Of a DNA stretch of 48,244 nt, positions 28,331-38,901 are shown piece by piece (the first letter of the stretch is position 1; each line of letters starts with the position of its first letter). The translations under genes and the position numbers were made by a program. The stretch comes from a virus: UHGV virus genome UHGV-0308199; one strand, given 5' to 3'. The notes under the pieces were generated by a model. It made no database searches. It was not told where the DNA came from and worked only from the letters and a program-made list of their open reading frames with translations.

Positions 28331-28370
28331 TGCCGTTAGTGACTCTTAAGTTGCAACGGTGGCTTTTTTT
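28331..28370 (+). terminator. possible terminator (imperfect hairpin + T8)
   Basis: CCGTT...AACGG stem with long loop, then TTTTTTTT. Confidence 0.35.
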
Positions 28371-28375
28371 TATTT

Positions 28376-28450
28376 GGGTCAGTCGTATAAAGGTCATTAC
28401 GGAAGGCTGTTAACCTTCTTATCGTGGTTCGAGTCCACGCTGTCCCGCCA
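28376..28450 (+). tRNA. tRNA, anticodon GUU (Asn) by manual fold
   Basis: Cloverleaf: acceptor 6/7 bp, anticodon stem GAAGG/CCTTC, loop CTGTTAA, T-arm CGTGG-TTCGAGT-CCACG, encoded CCA. Confidence 0.55.
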
Positions 28451-28455
28451 AATAT

Positions 28456-28531
28456 GCTGGTTTAGCTCCAATGGTAGAGCAGTCGCCTTGTAAGCGAATG
28501 GGTAGCGGTTCAAGTCCGTTAACCAGCACCA
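28456..28531 (+). tRNA. tRNA, anticodon UGU (Thr) by manual fold
   Basis: Acceptor GCTGGTT/AACCAGC 7/7, D-arm GCTC-CAATGGTA-GAGC, anticodon loop CTTGTAA, T-arm AGCGG-TTCAAGT-CCGTT, encoded CCA. Confidence 0.65.
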
Positions 28532-28773
28532 TAACTGAGCCGTAGCCACTGGCTATCCTGAATTCATCAGTGATAGTTACGCTGCGGCCTTCTACACATG
28601 ACCTTCGTGAAAGCGGGTGGCAGGAGGTTGCGCTAACAACCTCATGCCGTTTTGCCCGTGCATATCGGTCACGAACAAATCTGATTACTAAACACAGTAG
28701 CCTGGATTTGTTCTATCAGTAACCGACCTTATTCCTAATTAAATAGAGCAAATCCCCTTATTGGGGGTAAGAC

Positions 28774-29097
28774 ATGAAGATGCCAGAAAAACATGACCTG
28801 TTAGCCGCCATTCTCGCGGCAAAGGAACAAGGCATCGGGGCAATCCTTGCGTTTGCAATGGCGTACCTTCGCGGCAGATATAATGGCGGTGCGTTTACAA
28901 AAACAGTAATCGACGCAACGATGTGCGCCATTATCGCCTGGTTCATTCGTGACCTTCTCGACTTCGCTGGACTAAGTAGCAATCTCGCTTATATAACGAG
29001 CGTGTTCATCGGCTACATCGGTACTGACTCGATTGGTTCGCTTATCAAACGCTTCGCTGCTAAAAAAGCCGGAGTAGAAGATGGTGGAAATCAATAA
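28774..29097 (+). CDS. S: holin S (lambda type, dual-start MKM)
   Basis: Sequence matches recalled lambda S ([41 protein letters not shown]...). Confidence 0.9.
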   Translation: MKMPEKHDLLAAILAAKEQGIGAILAFAMAYLRGRYNGGAFTKTVIDATMCAIIAWFIRDLLDFAGLSSNLAYITSVFIGYIGTDSIGSLIKRFAAKKAGVEDGGNQ

Positions 29098-29557
29098 TCA
29101 ACGTAAGGCGTTCCTCGATATGCTGGCGTGGTCAGAGGGAACTGATAACGGACGGCAGAAAACCAGAAATCATGGTTATGACGTCATTGTTGGCGGAGAG
29201 CTATTTACTGATTACTCCGATCACCCTCGCAAACTTGTCACGCTAAACCCCAAACTCAAATCAACAGCAGCCGGACGTTACCAGCTTCTTTCCCGTTGGT
29301 GGGATGCCTATCGTAAGCAGCTTGGCCTGAAAGACTTCTCTCCGAAAAGCCAGGACGCTGTGGCATTGCAGCAGATTAAAGAGCGTGGCGCTTTACCGAT
29401 GATTGATCGCGGTGATATTCGTCAGGCAATTGACCGTTGCAGCAATATCTGGGCTTCACTGCCGGGCGCTGGTTATGGTCAGTTCGAGCATAAGGCTGAC
29501 AGCCTGATTGCAAAATTCAAAGAAGCAGGCGGAACGGTCAGAGAGATTGAGGTATGA
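29081..29557 (+). CDS. R: endolysin R (lytic transglycosylase, lambda type)
   Basis: [39 protein letters not shown]... matches recalled lambda R. Confidence 0.9.
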   Translation: MVEINNQRKAFLDMLAWSEGTDNGRQKTRNHGYDVIVGGELFTDYSDHPRKLVTLNPKLKSTAAGRYQLLSRWWDAYRKQLGLKDFSPKSQDAVALQQIKERGALPMIDRGDIRQAIDRCSNIWASLPGAGYGQFEHKADSLIAKFKEAGGTVREIEV

Positions 29558-29991
29558 GCAGAGTAACCGCGATTATCTCCGCTCTGGTTATCTGCATCAT
29601 CGTCTGCCTGTCATGGGCTGTTAATCATTACCGTGATAACGCCATCGCCTACAAAGAACAGCGCGATAAAGCCACGTACATCATCGCTGATATGCAGAAG
29701 CGTCAACGTGATGTAGCAGAACTCGACGCCAGATACACAAAGGAGCTTGCTGATGCTAACGCGACTATCGAAAGTCTCCGTGCTGATGTTTCTGCTGGTC
29801 GTAAGCGCCTGCAAGTCGCCGCCACCTGTGCAAAGTCAACGACCGGAGCCAGCAGCATGGGCGATGGAGAAAGCCCAAGACTTACAGCAGATGCTGAACT
29901 CAATTATTACCGTCTCCGAAGTGGAATCGACAAGATAACCGCGCAGGTTAACTACCTGCAGGAGTACATCAGGACGCAATGCCTGAAATAA
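29554..29991 (+). CDS. Rz: i-spanin Rz
   Basis: N-terminal TM segment, coiled-coil; position after R. Confidence 0.8.
   Translation: MSRVTAIISALVICIIVCLSWAVNHYRDNAIAYKEQRDKATYIIADMQKRQRDVAELDARYTKELADANATIESLRADVSAGRKRLQVAATCAKSTTGASSMGDGESPRLTADAELNYYRLRSGIDKITAQVNYLQEYIRTQCLK
29747..29938 (+). CDS. Rz1: o-spanin Rz1 (lipoprotein embedded in Rz, +1 frame)
   Basis: Signal peptide with lipobox LVVSAC, proline-rich mature part; entirely within Rz. Confidence 0.7.
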   Translation: MLMLTRLSKVSVLMFLLVVSACKSPPPVQSQRPEPAAWAMEKAQDLQQMLNSIITVSEVESTR

Positions 29992-30193
29992 TTTTTTTTG
30001 CAAATCACAAAGTCCATTTAATGAGCCTCGCGATGCGGGGCTTTTTGCAATAAATGCGTACCGCAACGCATGTTTTTTACACCGAACCTGACCCTTTGGA
30101 ATGGGCCTTTGAGGATACCAGTTAGTGCTGGCGAGCCTCGGTGGGCTGGTTTCCTGTGCGGCAAAGGTTCATTTCAAATGGTAGGTAAACGTT

Positions 30194-30715
30194 ATGAATA
30201 TCGTGCCACTTAACTACAAAGGTGAAATTGTCAGTTTCAACACTGATGGTTGGATCAACGTCACAGGTGTTGCTGAGAGATTTGGGAAACGCATTGATAA
30301 CTGGATGCGTTTGGCAGAAACGCTTGAATACGTTCGTGCTTTAGACGAAGCGTTGACCGGGAAAGAATCTCAAATTTTACATCCCTCACAATCGAGGTAT
30401 GTAAAAACCAGCAAGGCACGAAAGGACAGGGGTGGTGGTACGTGGCTACATCCAAAACTTTCAGTTGCATTTGCCCGTTGGTGTGATGCTCGTTTTGCTG
30501 TGTGGTGCGACCTGCACATTGATAGTCTGCTTCGCGGTGAACTGACTGAGCAGCAGAAATATGAGCAAGCATGTCGCATTCGCGATGACCGGAAATCAAA
30601 AGCCAGCAATGGGGCAAGAGAGATGGCTCGCTGGCGATGGGATAAGCCGGTTATTGAAGCAAATGTCGAGTACTGGCGCGAGCAACTGCAGTTGACTCTC
30701 GATATCGCGTGCTGA
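30194..30715 (+). CDS. KilA-N domain protein
   Basis: 173 aa; N-terminal KilA-N-like pattern (tentative), located after lysis cassette. Confidence 0.5.
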   Translation: MNIVPLNYKGEIVSFNTDGWINVTGVAERFGKRIDNWMRLAETLEYVRALDEALTGKESQILHPSQSRYVKTSKARKDRGGGTWLHPKLSVAFARWCDARFAVWCDLHIDSLLRGELTEQQKYEQACRIRDDRKSKASNGAREMARWRWDKPVIEANVEYWREQLQLTLDIAC

Positions 30716-31004
30716 TGGCAAACGCAAAACTGCGTTATCGAAAAAATCAAAGCATTACGAGAACTGAGCAACGGCTATCCATTACAAAGCCCATCTACGG
30801 GTGGGCTTGATAATGAAACCGGAATTTATTCTGGGCAACCAATTAACGGCAGTACAGCGAAACAACCCAAGCCAGTAAGCGGGGAAATAACACTGGCAGC
30901 CACTGAAAGATGAACCTCCTGCCTTATGGCAAAAAAGATTCTTTGTGGTGGCGGACTGATGGAAAGACATCCTAATCAAGCAACCACTCCACAGGGGCAT
31001 AATT

Positions 31005-31379
31005 ATGAACGACCAGCAAATCGAAAAAGAAATCGTTGAGAAAGGCAAAACGGCACCGCGTGTAACACCCGAGAAAATTGAAGGCCTCATTTGCAGTGAG
31101 CATTTTTTCACTGCTGCGCAGGGTGACCACCAGGCTAAAGAAGATGACCTTATTTATAATCCGGAGCCTTATGTCGAAGCCACCCCTGATGCTCTGCACC
31201 TTCTCACTTTCTGCGTATTGGTACTGAAGAATGGCTTCACCGTTACCGGAGAGAGTGCCTGTGCGAGCCCGGAAAACTTTGATGCAGAAATTGGTCGGAA
31301 GATTGCCCGGCAGAATGCTGTAAACAAAATCTGGATGCTCGAAGGTTACTTGCTGAAGCAGAAGCTAAGCGAACAGTAG
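31005..31379 (+). CDS. hypothetical phage protein (possibly Gp49 / Sf6 gp66-like family)
   Basis: 124 aa; LLTFCVLVLKNGFTVTGESACASPENFD...KIWMLEGY; family assignment from memory only. Confidence 0.45.
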   Translation: MNDQQIEKEIVEKGKTAPRVTPEKIEGLICSEHFFTAAQGDHQAKEDDLIYNPEPYVEATPDALHLLTFCVLVLKNGFTVTGESACASPENFDAEIGRKIARQNAVNKIWMLEGYLLKQKLSEQ

Positions 31380-31482
31380 TTATTACAAAAGCCATTCCCT
31401 ACAGAGTGGCTTTGATAATGGCTTATACCCTACACGGGATAACTTAACTGATATCCCTTTTAACGGATAAACGGAGCCAACA

Positions 31483-31725
31483 ATGGCAGAGATTATTCCC
31501 ATGACTGAAGAACAGAAATTCCAGTTAGAGATTTACAAACTGGTCATGAACCAGAACGCAGCCGCAGAAGAAGCATTTCAGTTCATTGGCACTGACGAGC
31601 TGAAGCTTGAGCTATTTAAAATTCACTTCCAGTCAGGCGGCGCTAATTCAGATATCACGACCCGCACTATCGAAGCAGTGCGTAAATCGAAGGAAGCGTT
31701 AGACCTGTTCACTACCGGAGCATGA
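31483..31725 (+). CDS. hypothetical protein
   Basis: 80 aa ORF upstream of terminase. Confidence 0.4.
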   Translation: MAEIIPMTEEQKFQLEIYKLVMNQNAAAEEAFQFIGTDELKLELFKIHFQSGGANSDITTRTIEAVRKSKEALDLFTTGA

Positions 31726-31923
31726 TGTGAGCCGCGTAATCAATTTTGGTAAGGAGAAGAAATTCCCAATTACTCAAGAGCTATACGAGCGGCTGGAAAG
31801 CGTCATTCATGATTACGATGGTGAAATCAGTTTATGTGAGGCGATTGGCACACTCGAATTGCTGAAGCAGTCACTGATTGAAGGCGCGAAAGAGTCCTCA
31901 GCCTGAAATAACAACTAAGTGAG

Positions 31924-32352
31924 ATGAATATGGCGACTGAACCAAAAGCTGGTCGCCCCTCTGATTATATGCCGGAGGTGGCTGACGATATCTGCTCGTT
32001 GCTTTCTTCTGGCGAAAGTCTGCTGAAAGTATGTAAGCGTCCTGGTATGCCGGATAAGTCCACTGTTTTCCGCTGGTTGGCAAAGCATGAGGATTTTCGC
32101 GACAAGTACGCGAAGGCAACTGAGGCACGAGCTGATTCTATTTTCGAAGAGATATTCGAAATTGCTGACACTGCGATTCCAGATGCTGCTGAGGTGGCAA
32201 AGGCAAGACTTCGCGTAGATACCCGTAAATGGGCGTTGGCCCGAATGAATCCCCGTAAGTATGGCGACAAGGTAACTAACGAGCTTGTCGGTAAGGACGG
32301 CGGCGCAATCCAGATTGAAACATCACCGATGAGCACTCTATTCGGAAAATGA
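31924..32352 (+). CDS. terminase small subunit
   Basis: 142 aa directly upstream of and overlapping TerL start. Confidence 0.65.
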   Translation: MNMATEPKAGRPSDYMPEVADDICSLLSSGESLLKVCKRPGMPDKSTVFRWLAKHEDFRDKYAKATEARADSIFEEIFEIADTAIPDAAEVAKARLRVDTRKWALARMNPRKYGDKVTNELVGKDGGAIQIETSPMSTLFGK

Positions 32353-33764
32353 CCTCGATTAATCCTATCTTTGAACCGTTCATTGAGGCGCATCGCTACA
32401 AAGTCACCAAAGGCGGTCGAGGTAGCGGTAAATCATGGGCAATTGCGAGGCTGCTTGTTGAAGCGGCGCGCCGACAGCCTGTGCGTATTCTCTGCGCTCG
32501 TGAACTGCAAAACAGTATCAGCGATTCGGTAATCCGGTTGCTTGAAGACACCATCGAGCGGGAAGGGTATTCGGCTGAGTTTGAAATTCAGCGTTCAATG
32601 ATTCGTCATCTCGGAACTAATGCTGAATTCATGTTCTACGGCATCAAAAACAACCCGACGAAGATTAAATCGCTCGAAGGCATTGATATCTGCTGGGTGG
32701 AAGAAGCGGAAGCGGTAACGAAGGAATCATGGGATATCCTGATACCAACCATCCGCAAGCCGTTTTCCGAAATATGGGTGAGCTTTAACCCGAAAAACAT
32801 CCTCGACGATACCTATCAGCGATTCGTCGTAAATCCTCCCGATGATATTTGTCTGCTGACCGTGAACTACACCGACAATCCGCATTTTCCTGAAGTTCTC
32901 CGTCTGGAGATGGAAGAGTGTAAACGCAGAAATCCGACACTGTATCGTCACATCTGGCTTGGTGAGCCGGTAAGCGCAAGTGATATGGCAATCATCAAAC
33001 GAGAATGGCTTGAAGCTGCAACCGATGCGCACAAGAAACTCGGATGGAAAGCGAAAGGCGCTGTTGTTTCTGCGCATGACCCATCAGATACAGGGCCAGA
33101 TGCTAAAGGTTATGCATCGCGTCACGGTTCGGTAGTTAAGCGCATTGCCGAAGGTCTGCTGATGGACATCAACGAGGGTGCTGACTGGGCTACTTCGCTG
33201 GCGATTGAAGACGGCTCTGACCATTACCTGTGGGATGGTGATGGTGTTGGTGCGGGTCTACGCAGACAGACAACGGAAGCGTTCTCCGGCAAGAAAATCA
33301 CCGCCACGATGTTCAAGGGCAGCGAATCGCCATTCGATGAAGATGCACCGTATCAGGCCGGAGCATGGGCTGATGAAGTCGTACAGGGCGACAACGTTCG
33401 CACTATTGGCGATGTGTTCCGCAATAAGCGAGCGCAATTCTATTACGCGCTGGCTGACAGGCTGTATCTGACATATCGGGCGGTTGTCCACGGTGAGTAT
33501 GCAGACCCCGACGACATGCTGAGTTTCGACAAAGAAGCGATAGGCGAGAAGATGCTGGAGAAGCTGTTTGCAGAACTGACGCAGATTCAGCGCAAATTCA
33601 ATAATAACGGGAAGCTGGAGCTTATGACTAAGGTCGAAATGAAGCAGAAGCTCGGTATTCCATCTCCTAACCTGGCTGATGCGCTGATGATGTGTATGCA
33701 TTGCCCGGAGTCGGCTGCGCAACCCGACTATTCCAGTTACTCAATTCCTTGTGGTGTAGGTTGA
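32349..33764 (+). CDS. terminase large subunit (headful type)
   Basis: 471 aa; Walker A VTKGGRGSGKS; C-terminal nuclease region. Confidence 0.85.
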   Translation: MTSINPIFEPFIEAHRYKVTKGGRGSGKSWAIARLLVEAARRQPVRILCARELQNSISDSVIRLLEDTIEREGYSAEFEIQRSMIRHLGTNAEFMFYGIKNNPTKIKSLEGIDICWVEEAEAVTKESWDILIPTIRKPFSEIWVSFNPKNILDDTYQRFVVNPPDDICLLTVNYTDNPHFPEVLRLEMEECKRRNPTLYRHIWLGEPVSASDMAIIKREWLEAATDAHKKLGWKAKGAVVSAHDPSDTGPDAKGYASRHGSVVKRIAEGLLMDINEGADWATSLAIEDGSDHYLWDGDGVGAGLRRQTTEAFSGKKITATMFKGSESPFDEDAPYQAGAWADEVVQGDNVRTIGDVFRNKRAQFYYALADRLYLTYRAVVHGEYADPDDMLSFDKEAIGEKMLEKLFAELTQIQRKFNNNGKLELMTKVEMKQKLGIPSPNLADALMMCMHCPESAAQPDYSSYSIPCGVG

Positions 33765-33765
33765 T

Positions 33766-35964
33766 ATGGCAGAAAAAAAGATGACTGACTGGCATCGCAA
33801 GGTGCTGTGCAACTTTGATAATGCCTGGTCAGCAACGCAGGATATGCGTGAGCAGATTATTGAGGCTCAACGTTTCGTACGGGTGTCCGGCGCACAGTGG
33901 GAAGGCAGCACAAACGCTGGTTACTCATTTGATGAGGGCAGGTTTGAGCATTACCCGCGCTTTGAGCTGAATAAGATCGCCCGTGAATGTGATCGCATCA
34001 TTGGTGAGTATCGACAGAATCGCATCAGCGTTAAATTCAGGCCGAAGGACGACAAGGCATCGGAAGCGTTAGCCGAAAAGATGAACGGCAAATTCCGCGC
34101 TGACTATCAGGAAACATCCGGTGGCGAAGCGTGTGATAACGCATTTGATGATGCCGTAACTGGCGGATTCGGTTGTTTCCGCATGTGTGCCGATTACGAA
34201 GATGAAATGGATCCGAGTAACGAACAGCGCCGTATAAGCCTTATCCCGGTTTACGACCCAGCGACATGCGTCTTCTTCGATCAGGACAGCAAGCAATATG
34301 ACCGCTCTGATGCTATGTGGGCTATGGAAATGTTCTCCATGACGCCCAAAGCGTTCGAGGCTGAATACCCTGATTCCATCGCGGCAAGCCTTTCTCGTGA
34401 TGACACTGGCACTCAATATGACTGGTCAACGCCTGATGCCATCTATGTTGGACGCTACTACGAAGTTCGCATAGAGAAGGTGAAGCTCACGGCGTGGCGC
34501 AACCCTGTTAGCGGAGAAACGGCAATCTATGATGAAGATCAAATCAAAGATATTGTCGACGAGCTAACCGATGGTTCATTCGAACTGATCGGTGAGCGGA
34601 CAGTGAAGAAACGCCGCGTTTATTGCGGTCTTCTGTCTGGCGCTGAATGGCTGGAAGAACCGAAGCGTATTCCGGGCGAACATATTCCACTCATCCCGGT
34701 ATATGGGCGTCGCTCATTTGTTGATAATCAGGAGCGAATCGAAGGCCACGCAGCAAAAGCGATGGATGCACAGCGTCTTGAGAACCTGATGGTTTCCATG
34801 ATTGCAGATAACGCTACTCAGGCTGGCGGTGATGGAATTCCTGTAGTTGATGTTGACATGATTCCTGGTCCTCTCGCCACTCATTGGGCGGAGCGCAACA
34901 AAAAGCGCCCGGCGTTCCTGCCGATGGTAAGTCTGAAAAACAAAAACGGAGATATTACTGCGCAGGCTCAGGTCAGCAGTTATACACCTCCGACACAAAT
35001 GCCTCCTGCTCTTGCCGGGCTATTGCAGTACACCGGAACGGCTATTCAGCAAATTACAGGCGCGTCGCAGCTTGAGAACATGCCGAGCAACGTTGCTACC
35101 GATACCGTTGATAGCATCTTTAACCGGATGGATACGCAGTCCTATATCTACATGGACAACATGGCTAAATCCATGCGTCGCGCTGGCGTTGTGTGGCTTT
35201 CTATGGCTCGTGAAGTCTATGGCAGCGATACGCCGATGCGTATCGTTAATGAGGACGGCAGCGATGACGTGGCGCTGATGACTGGTGAAGTGGTTGACCG
35301 TCAGACAGGCCAGGTTATCGCGCTTAACGACCTTTCGCAGGGTAACTATGAAGTGACTGTCGATGTCGGTCAGTCGTTCGCTACTCGCCGTGATGCAACG
35401 GTTAAGTCGTTACTTTCCATGCTGGCACTTATCCCACCAGGAACGCCGAAGCACGACCTTGTATCGTCGATGATTCTCGACAATATGGACGGCGAAGGGA
35501 TGGATGACCTTAAAGAATACAACCGCAATCAGTTGCTTCTGTCTGGAGTTATCAAGCCGAGAACGCCAGAAGAGCAGCAGATGGTTGAGCAGGCGAAACA
35601 ACAACAGGCCAGTCAGCCAGATCCGGCTATGGTTGCAGCGCAAGGTCAGCTTCTTGCTGGTCAGGCTGAATTGCAGAAAGCGCAGAACGAACAGGCAGCC
35701 ATTCAGGTTAAAGCATTCCAGGCACAGACTGATGCTCAGGTTGCTGCGGCAAATGTTGTGAAAATCCTCGCATCTGCCGATAGTCAGCAGAAATCTGATA
35801 TCCGCGAGGCTCTGAAACTGCTCGGACAGTTCCAGCAACAGCAAGGAGACAATGCCCGTGCTGATGCAGAGCTTGTCCTGAAAAGTCAGGCACAGGGTCA
35901 TGCGCAGCGCATGGACATCAGCAGCATCCTACAAAAATCAACTCAGCAACAACCACAGCAGTAA
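33766..35964 (+). CDS. portal protein, P22 gp1 type
   Basis: 732 aa; blocks matching recalled P22 portal, including Q/A-rich C-terminal barrel. Confidence 0.85.
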   Translation: MAEKKMTDWHRKVLCNFDNAWSATQDMREQIIEAQRFVRVSGAQWEGSTNAGYSFDEGRFEHYPRFELNKIARECDRIIGEYRQNRISVKFRPKDDKASEALAEKMNGKFRADYQETSGGEACDNAFDDAVTGGFGCFRMCADYEDEMDPSNEQRRISLIPVYDPATCVFFDQDSKQYDRSDAMWAMEMFSMTPKAFEAEYPDSIAASLSRDDTGTQYDWSTPDAIYVGRYYEVRIEKVKLTAWRNPVSGETAIYDEDQIKDIVDELTDGSFELIGERTVKKRRVYCGLLSGAEWLEEPKRIPGEHIPLIPVYGRRSFVDNQERIEGHAAKAMDAQRLENLMVSMIADNATQAGGDGIPVVDVDMIPGPLATHWAERNKKRPAFLPMVSLKNKNGDITAQAQVSSYTPPTQMPPALAGLLQYTGTAIQQITGASQLENMPSNVATDTVDSIFNRMDTQSYIYMDNMAKSMRRAGVVWLSMAREVYGSDTPMRIVNEDGSDDVALMTGEVVDRQTGQVIALNDLSQGNYEVTVDVGQSFATRRDATVKSLLSMLALIPPGTPKHDLVSSMILDNMDGEGMDDLKEYNRNQLLLSGVIKPRTPEEQQMVEQAKQQQASQPDPAMVAAQGQLLAGQAELQKAQNEQAAIQVKAFQAQTDAQVAAANVVKILASADSQQKSDIREALKLLGQFQQQQGDNARADAELVLKSQAQGHAQRMDISSILQKSTQQQPQQ

Positions 35965-36054
35965 TTAACCCATAACGTGCAATGGCTGTCTTTATGAGGC
36001 CTGGCACCCTATTGCCTTCCGATGGGCTGAACATCGAGTAAACAGGGGTAACAA

Positions 36055-36948
36055 ATGGACCAGATGGCAGAAAACACACCAGAAGTTGAAATCGAAACCG
36101 ACGCGTCAGAGCAGATTCCTGATGATGTCGAACTGGCTGAAGAAGTCGAAACAGCAGATGGCAGTGAGTCCTCAGGAAATGATGCAGAGGAAGCTACTGA
36201 CACTGATGACGACGAATCAGAACAGGAATTCTACTTTGGTGACGAAAAGCTGGATTCGCCAACCAGCGAAGATGGCGCAGAGCATGGACTGGTAAAACAC
36301 TTGCGCAAGACGATTAAAGAGAAAGACCGTGAGCTGAAAGAGCTGATGCGTCAGTCTCAGAAACCCGTCGAGCAGCAGCCGGTAATCACTCAACCACCGC
36401 GAATGCCAAAACTGGATGATGAGGACATCGGTTTCGATGAAGAAATCTATCAGCAACGCATGGCTAAGTGGGCAGAGGATAACGGCAAGTACCAGCAACA
36501 GGAGATGGCTCGCAAGCAGAAGGAGCAGGAGCTTCAGGCTGCCTATCAAGAGCGATTATCCAAATATCAGCAACGTGTTAAGGCTCTCAAGGTTCCTGGC
36601 TATCAGGAAGCAGAACAGGCCGTACTCGAGGAAATCCCCATCGAGACACAAAACGCGATCCTGTTTGAGTCAGAGAAGCCGGAAATCGTTGTTCTGGCGC
36701 TCGGTCGCAACGCTGAACTGCGCAAGCAACTGGCAGAAGCTACCAACCCCGTAGCAATTGGTCGTCTGCTGGAACGTATCGAATCGAAGGCCAGAATCAT
36801 GCCAAAAGCAAAAACCACGGCAGCCACAACCCCGACAGTTAAGGGGAGCAACGGCGCAGTAATCAATAACCTCGACAAACTGAAAGCCAAGGCGCTGGAA
36901 ACTGGTGACTGGACGCCGTATTTCGCCGCTAAAAAGGCAAAAAAATAA
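36055..36948 (+). CDS. scaffolding protein (P22 gp8-like)
   Basis: 297 aa, acidic, helical; between portal and coat. Confidence 0.7.
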   Translation: MDQMAENTPEVEIETDASEQIPDDVELAEEVETADGSESSGNDAEEATDTDDDESEQEFYFGDEKLDSPTSEDGAEHGLVKHLRKTIKEKDRELKELMRQSQKPVEQQPVITQPPRMPKLDDEDIGFDEEIYQQRMAKWAEDNGKYQQQEMARKQKEQELQAAYQERLSKYQQRVKALKVPGYQEAEQAVLEEIPIETQNAILFESEKPEIVVLALGRNAELRKQLAEATNPVAIGRLLERIESKARIMPKAKTTAATTPTVKGSNGAVINNLDKLKAKALETGDWTPYFAAKKAKK

Positions 36949-36966
36949 CCTATCGGAGCATTAAGC

Positions 36967-38220
36967 ATGGCTAACCAATTAGCAAAAGACCTTGAAATCA
37001 TGTTCGAAAACTACGTTGAAGGCTTTGAGGCCGCCTGCGTAGTTTCCCGTAACGCTAAAAAATTCCGTCCCGGTGATACAGCAATGCAGCGAGCAGGTGA
37101 TGTTCTGTATCGTCCGCAGCATTACCACATGAACATTGAGGAAGGCCTCGATCTCAGCGGCAAAACGCCAACAGCACTGGTTCAGCGCCTTGTTCCTTCA
37201 GTGTTCAAGGAGCCGAAAAACATTCTGTACACTCTGGATGCGCGTGAAATGCGTGACCCGGAACATAAAACTGAAGCTGGTCGCGCCGCAGGTATGCGTC
37301 TTGCTGCACAGATTGACTCTGATCTGATTTCCATGGTCACGCAGCGTGCTACTAACGTGATCACAATGGCTGACTCAACCACTGGTTCACAGGGCCGTGA
37401 TTTGTGGAACTGTGCGGCAGGTATTGATGCCACCATGACGGCGATTGGTGTACCACAGGGTATCAACCGCCGCTCTTTCTGGAACCCCTTCAACTATAAA
37501 GACCTTGCTGGCGAGCTTGGTCACCGTGCCTATGCTCAGGGCGCAACCCTGACAGCATACGAAAAAGCGCAGATTCCTCCGGTTGCGTCCTTCGATAGCT
37601 ACAAGACCGATATTTCTGGTCGTGTTCCGAAGGGTGCAGCAACTTCCATTACGCTGGCAGCAGCACCTGCGCACAAGGTTGAAGCGAAAGATGCTAACGA
37701 TATGCCAGTGGATAACCGACAGGGGACCATTACGGTATCTGCTGAAGGCTTGCAGGTTGGCGATGCATTTACCATCGCAGGGGTGAATTCCGTACACCAG
37801 ATCACCAAAGATACCACCGGGCAGCCGCAGGTATTCCGCGTTCTGGCAGTTAGCGGAACGACAGTAACTATCTCCCCGAAAATTCTGCCGCCTGACAACG
37901 CGGATGTCGCCAGCCGACCATATGCAAACGTTGATGCTAACGCGGCAAATAGCGCAGCAATTACCATTCTCAACAAAAATGCCGCACCGGCTAACCTATT
38001 CTGGGCTGATGGTTCTGTTGAGCTGATGTACGGCAAACTGGCGTTCCCGACTGGTCAGGGTCCACAGGTAATGACAGCAACCACCGAGCAGGGCGCTACG
38101 CTGATCATGTCTTACGCCTTCGACCACATCAAAGGCGTAACCACTGCTCGTTTCACCACTCTGTACGGTTGCTCTGTACTTGTTCCTGAATATACGGGCA
38201 TCGTTATTGCCGGGCAGTAA
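36967..38220 (+). CDS. major coat protein (P22 gp5-like)
   Basis: 417 aa; position and size. Confidence 0.8.
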   Translation: MANQLAKDLEIMFENYVEGFEAACVVSRNAKKFRPGDTAMQRAGDVLYRPQHYHMNIEEGLDLSGKTPTALVQRLVPSVFKEPKNILYTLDAREMRDPEHKTEAGRAAGMRLAAQIDSDLISMVTQRATNVITMADSTTGSQGRDLWNCAAGIDATMTAIGVPQGINRRSFWNPFNYKDLAGELGHRAYAQGATLTAYEKAQIPPVASFDSYKTDISGRVPKGAATSITLAAAPAHKVEAKDANDMPVDNRQGTITVSAEGLQVGDAFTIAGVNSVHQITKDTTGQPQVFRVLAVSGTTVTISPKILPPDNADVASRPYANVDANAANSAAITILNKNAAPANLFWADGSVELMYGKLAFPTGQGPQVMTATTEQGATLIMSYAFDHIKGVTTARFTTLYGCSVLVPEYTGIVIAGQ

Positions 38221-38227
38221 TTTTGGT

Positions 38228-38252
38228 GGGGCTTCGGCCCCATTTTTATTGG
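38228..38252 (+). terminator. intrinsic terminator after coat gene
   Basis: GGGGC-ttcg-GCCCC + ATTTTTATT. Confidence 0.6.
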
Positions 38253-38430
38253 GAGAAGACAATGGCACGAACAATGCTCTATAAGCCAGGCAACATGATC
38301 ACCTGTGGTCAGTTTGCTGTCGATTACATCATTGTTGATGACGAAGAAGTTAAATCTCACCTGAAAAAAGGTTGGGTAAAAACTCCTGAAGAAACCGCAA
38401 CGAAGCAAAAAGTGGCTAAGGCGGAAGAAG

Positions 38431-38892
38431 ATGGCGAAAACGAAGGGTGATCTCGTTCTTAAGGCTTTACGAAAAGCCGGGCTGTATTCCAATGCCACGT
38501 TGACAGATGCTGACCCTCAGGCAATTGAAGATGCCATTAATGACCTCGAAGACATGATGGCAGCATGGCAGGCTAAAGGTATCGAGCTTGGATATCAGTT
38601 TGCTGATACAGAAAACGGCATCATGCCGTTACCTGACGATGATTCAGGTATCCCTGCATGGGCAAATGATGGCGTCGCTTTGAAACTCGCTGTGCAAGTG
38701 TGCATGGATAACGTCATTCAGCCGTCAGACGCTCTCCTTACCGCTGCTGACAGTGCATATCAGACAATCTGCATCGCTTTAACCAAAATACCACCACTTG
38801 AGCGGCGAAATGACATGCCTCGCGGTAGTGGTAACAAAAGCGCGTTTACGTGGAATCGGTTTTACATCGAGAAAGATGATCCGAGTACGTGA
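38431..38892 (+). CDS. head-tail adaptor (P22 gp4-like)
   Basis: 153 aa; N-terminus KTKGDLVLKALRK...ATLTDADPQ resembles recalled P22 gp4. Confidence 0.75.
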   Translation: MAKTKGDLVLKALRKAGLYSNATLTDADPQAIEDAINDLEDMMAAWQAKGIELGYQFADTENGIMPLPDDDSGIPAWANDGVALKLAVQVCMDNVIQPSDALLTAADSAYQTICIALTKIPPLERRNDMPRGSGNKSAFTWNRFYIEKDDPST

Positions 38893-38901
38893 GGTGAATA
38901 A

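Noticed and set aside
28532-28770. Third tRNA or small RNA between the tRNAs and the holin gene
   Set aside because: Only short hairpins (GGTTG-cgctaa-CAACC, CCCC-ttatt-GGGG); no cloverleaf could be drawn.
30261-31199. Minus-strand ORFs around the KilA-N gene and downstream
   Set aside because: They overlap plus-strand genes in the rightward late operon, have no RBS, and show atypical composition.
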